Part shown: positions 62,243 through 64,000 of the stretch, one piece after another
Numbering within the stretch: position 1 is the first letter of the stretch
Layout: each line of letters begins with the position of its first letter
NCBI GenBank assembly: GCA_016191105.1
Contig: JACPPH010000008.1
Span: forward strand, 136,951 to 200,950
DNA length: 64,000 nucleotides
Direction of reading: 5' to 3'
Origin: Candidatus Saccharimonadota bacterium
GTDB lineage: Bacteria > Patescibacteriota > Saccharimonadia > CAILAD01 > BJGX01
Made by a program: the position numbers and the translations under genes
Notes under the pieces: generated by a model
Told to the model about the DNA's origin: nothing
Database searches by the model: none
Seen by the model: only the letters and a program-made list of their open reading frames with translations

Positions 62243-62310
62243 TAATTTAAGCTCCTATAAATAATGTTTTAAGTATAAGAACTTTGGCTGAAAAAAGTCA
62301 CGTATAACGA

Positions 62311-62340
62311 AAACGAGCCCCCGCGAGGGGACTCGTTTTG
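62311..62340. terminator. bidirectional terminator hairpin
   Basis: aaacgagcccc-cgcg-aggggactcgttt, a perfect ~11-bp stem. Just downstream of the pgsA-like gene's stop. Confidence 0.5.
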
Positions 62341-62362
62341 AGTAACTCCTTTCGCGACGGCT

Positions 62363-63265
62363 TTAAGCCACTCGGCCGAACCTCTCGAGCGGGAATCTGG
62401 TGGCCAGAGCCAACCGGATCGGGAATTGAACGTCTACTTGCGGCGCCGGGGGGTTGATCTGGCTTAGCACTACCAGCCAGATGTATTCCCAACGGTGGCG
62501 AGTCAGACTCTTGTCGGCTAACCATCGGGCAATGCCTAGCAGAACCACGGTTGTAACCGGGCCGAACTGGTTGGTGGGATCGTGGATCAGGAACATGAAC
62601 CCCACCAAGAACGCTGCCATCTGCACGTTGAACTTGATCTTGCCCCAGACGTTAGCACCAGGATGGGCAACCTCCATACGGAGCACCATGGGCGCAATCA
62701 ATTTGGTCGAAACCTTGACCAGGTTGAGTTCAACATGGAAGACCCACACGATTACCACCAACAAGGGCGGTACCAGCAGCCAACCGGTTTCGTGGATGGT
62801 GCCGATTACATAGGCCAACACCAGGCAGACCATCATGATCTTGTCGGCCAACGGGTCGAGTATCTTGCCCAGGTCGGTTTCGGCATCGAGATAGCGGGCG
62901 CAGGGTCCGTCAATACCGTCGAGCAGGGCTATACCTACCACCCAAGTGGTCCACTTGGTGATATCGCCCTGTTGAAGGATCGAGGGCAAGAAGTAGCCCA
63001 AGATCACAACCGGCGCTACCACCAGCCGTGCAAAGCTCATGATGTTGGCTGTCATCTTGACCACCCACAGCCGTCGTAGCGGCATAAGCACGATCAAGAT
63101 TGGTGAGGCGAGTAGCACAAAGACGAACCGAAAGGTTGCTTCGAGCCCCGCCAGCAGATCCTTGCCTAGTTTGGCGTAGGCTGACCGATCGGCCTGCCAA
63201 CGCGAGGGTTGCTCGAGACCGGCCCGAGCCTGGTCGTTGATAGGTATAACTTGGCTCATGCTCAT
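62363..63265 (-). CDS. CDP-alcohol phosphatidyltransferase family protein (high-GC region)
   Basis: DG-x2-AR-x8-G-x3-D-x3-D motif (DGIDGPCARYLDAETDLGKILDPLADK) with multiple TM helices. Start set at MSMSQV (63265); the longer ORF-track extension overlaps the WhiB gene. Confidence 0.6.
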   Translation of the reverse strand: MSMSQVIPINDQARAGLEQPSRWQADRSAYAKLGKDLLAGLEATFRFVFVLLASPILIVLMPLRRLWVVKMTANIMSFARLVVAPVVILGYFLPSILQQGDITKWTTWVVGIALLDGIDGPCARYLDAETDLGKILDPLADKIMMVCLVLAYVIGTIHETGWLLVPPLLVVIVWVFHVELNLVKVSTKLIAPMVLRMEVAHPGANVWGKIKFNVQMAAFLVGFMFLIHDPTNQFGPVTTVVLLGIARWLADKSLTRHRWEYIWLVVLSQINPPAPQVDVQFPIRLALATRFPLERFGRVA

Positions 63266-63281
63266 GCTGTCCTTTCGCTGT

Positions 63282-63536
63282 TCAGACTCCGATTTGGCTC
63301 GGGTTGTCGGGTTGTTTGCGTTTCTTGAGTATTCGCCGTCGTTGGCGTTCGCTGGTAGCGCCCCACACGCCGTGATCGAGATGGTGCTCGAGTGCATACT
63401 CAAGGCACGGATCCTTGACCGGGCAGGTGGCACAGACGCGCTTGGCGATCTCCACCCCCACTCCATCGCTGGGAAAAAATTTTGCGGGTGGCTCGAACCG
63501 GCACGCGCCGCGAGCCATCCAATCGTCATCGCGCAT
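63282..63536 (-). CDS. WhiB-like (Wbl) Fe-S transcription factor (high-GC region)
   Basis: Four Cys (C-x22-C-x2-C-x5-C: ...GACRFEP...CATCPVKDPC) and G(V/I)WGG-like turn GVWGATSERQRRR; 84 aa. Confidence 0.7.
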   Translation of the reverse strand: MRDDDWMARGACRFEPPAKFFPSDGVGVEIAKRVCATCPVKDPCLEYALEHHLDHGVWGATSERQRRRILKKRKQPDNPSQIGV

Positions 63537-63681
63537 GGTGTCATCTCCTTTTGTTCTTCAGGTGCGCTTGTTCGCCCATAATATCATAACTTTATATGGT
63601 TTTCAAGGTTTTAGTGGCTAGCCAAGCCCTACCATAAGCGGTACAATTATAGGTGATTTACAAACAGGCAAATCATACGAA

Positions 63682-64000
63682 TTGAAGTTTCCAAAATTTT
63701 CTAAAAAATCGCAAAACACAGATCAATATTTAGTTGCACTCGATATTGGTACCGAGTACGTTAAGGCTCTTATTGGTCAAGTAGTAGAGGGCAAAGACGA
63801 AAAGACCGGCAAGCGTGAGCAGGTGGTAGAGATTATTGGCAGCGGCCGCCAGCGCCAGCGCCTAACCGATATGAGTAGCGGTGCTATTACCGATATTGCT
63901 GGAGTGGTAGAGAACTGCGATGCCGCCTTGCGCCGAGCCGAAGAGATGGCTGGCTGTGTGGCCAAAGATGCGGTTTTGGGTATTGCCGGCGAGTTGGTAA
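63682..64000 (+). CDS. ftsA: cell division protein FtsA (N-terminal part; 3' end outside window)
   Basis: YLVALDIGTEYVKALIGQVVEG...GAITDIAGVVENCDAALRRAEEMAG. Start codon uncertain (TTG at 63682 or an upstream alternative). Confidence 0.55.
   Translation, partial: MKFPKFSKKSQNTDQYLVALDIGTEYVKALIGQVVEGKDEKTGKREQVVEIIGSGRQRQRLTDMSSGAITDIAGVVENCDAALRRAEEMAGCVAKDAVLGIAGELV

Noticed and set aside
63266-63544. N-terminal 93-codon extension of the CDP-alcohol phosphatidyltransferase ORF
   Set aside because: It overlaps the WhiB-like gene on the same strand in a different frame. The MSMSQV start at 63265 gives a normal-length transferase.
1-64000. Searched for CRISPR arrays, rRNA operons, retron/DGR reverse transcriptases and restriction-modification genes
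   Set aside because: None found. No regularly spaced short repeats, no RT motifs (YxDD), no 16S/5S-like sequence, and no Type I/II/III R-M signatures were seen in this window.

Overview
The window is a gene-dense, roughly 48% GC bacterial chromosome segment. Its gene content looks like a reduced Gram-positive-like or CPR/Saccharibacteria-like genome, though the organism is only inferred. Supporting this: RNase Y, YmdB, a short MetRS with a separate CsaA tRNA-binding protein, a short AlaRS, sortase with an LAxTG substrate, type IV pilin/PilM, and a compact set of glycolysis genes (pgk, eno, pyk, tpiA, ppa).

I annotate about 75 CDS and nine tRNAs: His-GTG, Arg-TCT, Gly-TCC, Arg-TCG, Lys-CTT, Pro-TGG, Pro-CGG, Glu-TTC, and a 3' tRNA-Glu fragment.

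The most interesting features, in order:
- A roughly 400-nt intergenic element present three times (about 4990-5275, 57648-58078 inverted, 61662-62060). Hairpin stems are conserved while their sequence varies, suggesting an undescribed structured ncRNA family.
- A roughly 480-nt non-coding segment (44778-45262) that is co-linear with 23S rRNA domain II, including the L10/L11-binding region. It has its own extended -10 promoter and a terminator, and sits between protein genes.
- A roughly 5.3-kb AT-rich island between two tRNA-Pro genes carrying a large serine recombinase, an XRE regulator and small cargo genes.
- A sortase locus with two tandem CSLREA beta-helix paralogs that share 100% identical DNA tracts, plus a small LAQTG-anchored protein.
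- Several discrete high-GC patches that look acquired from a high-GC (actinobacterial-like) donor, including a WhiB-like regulator and a chimeric methyltransferase with a GC step inside the ORF.
- Conserved repeat modules flanking the tRNA genes.

No CRISPR array or rRNA operon was seen.
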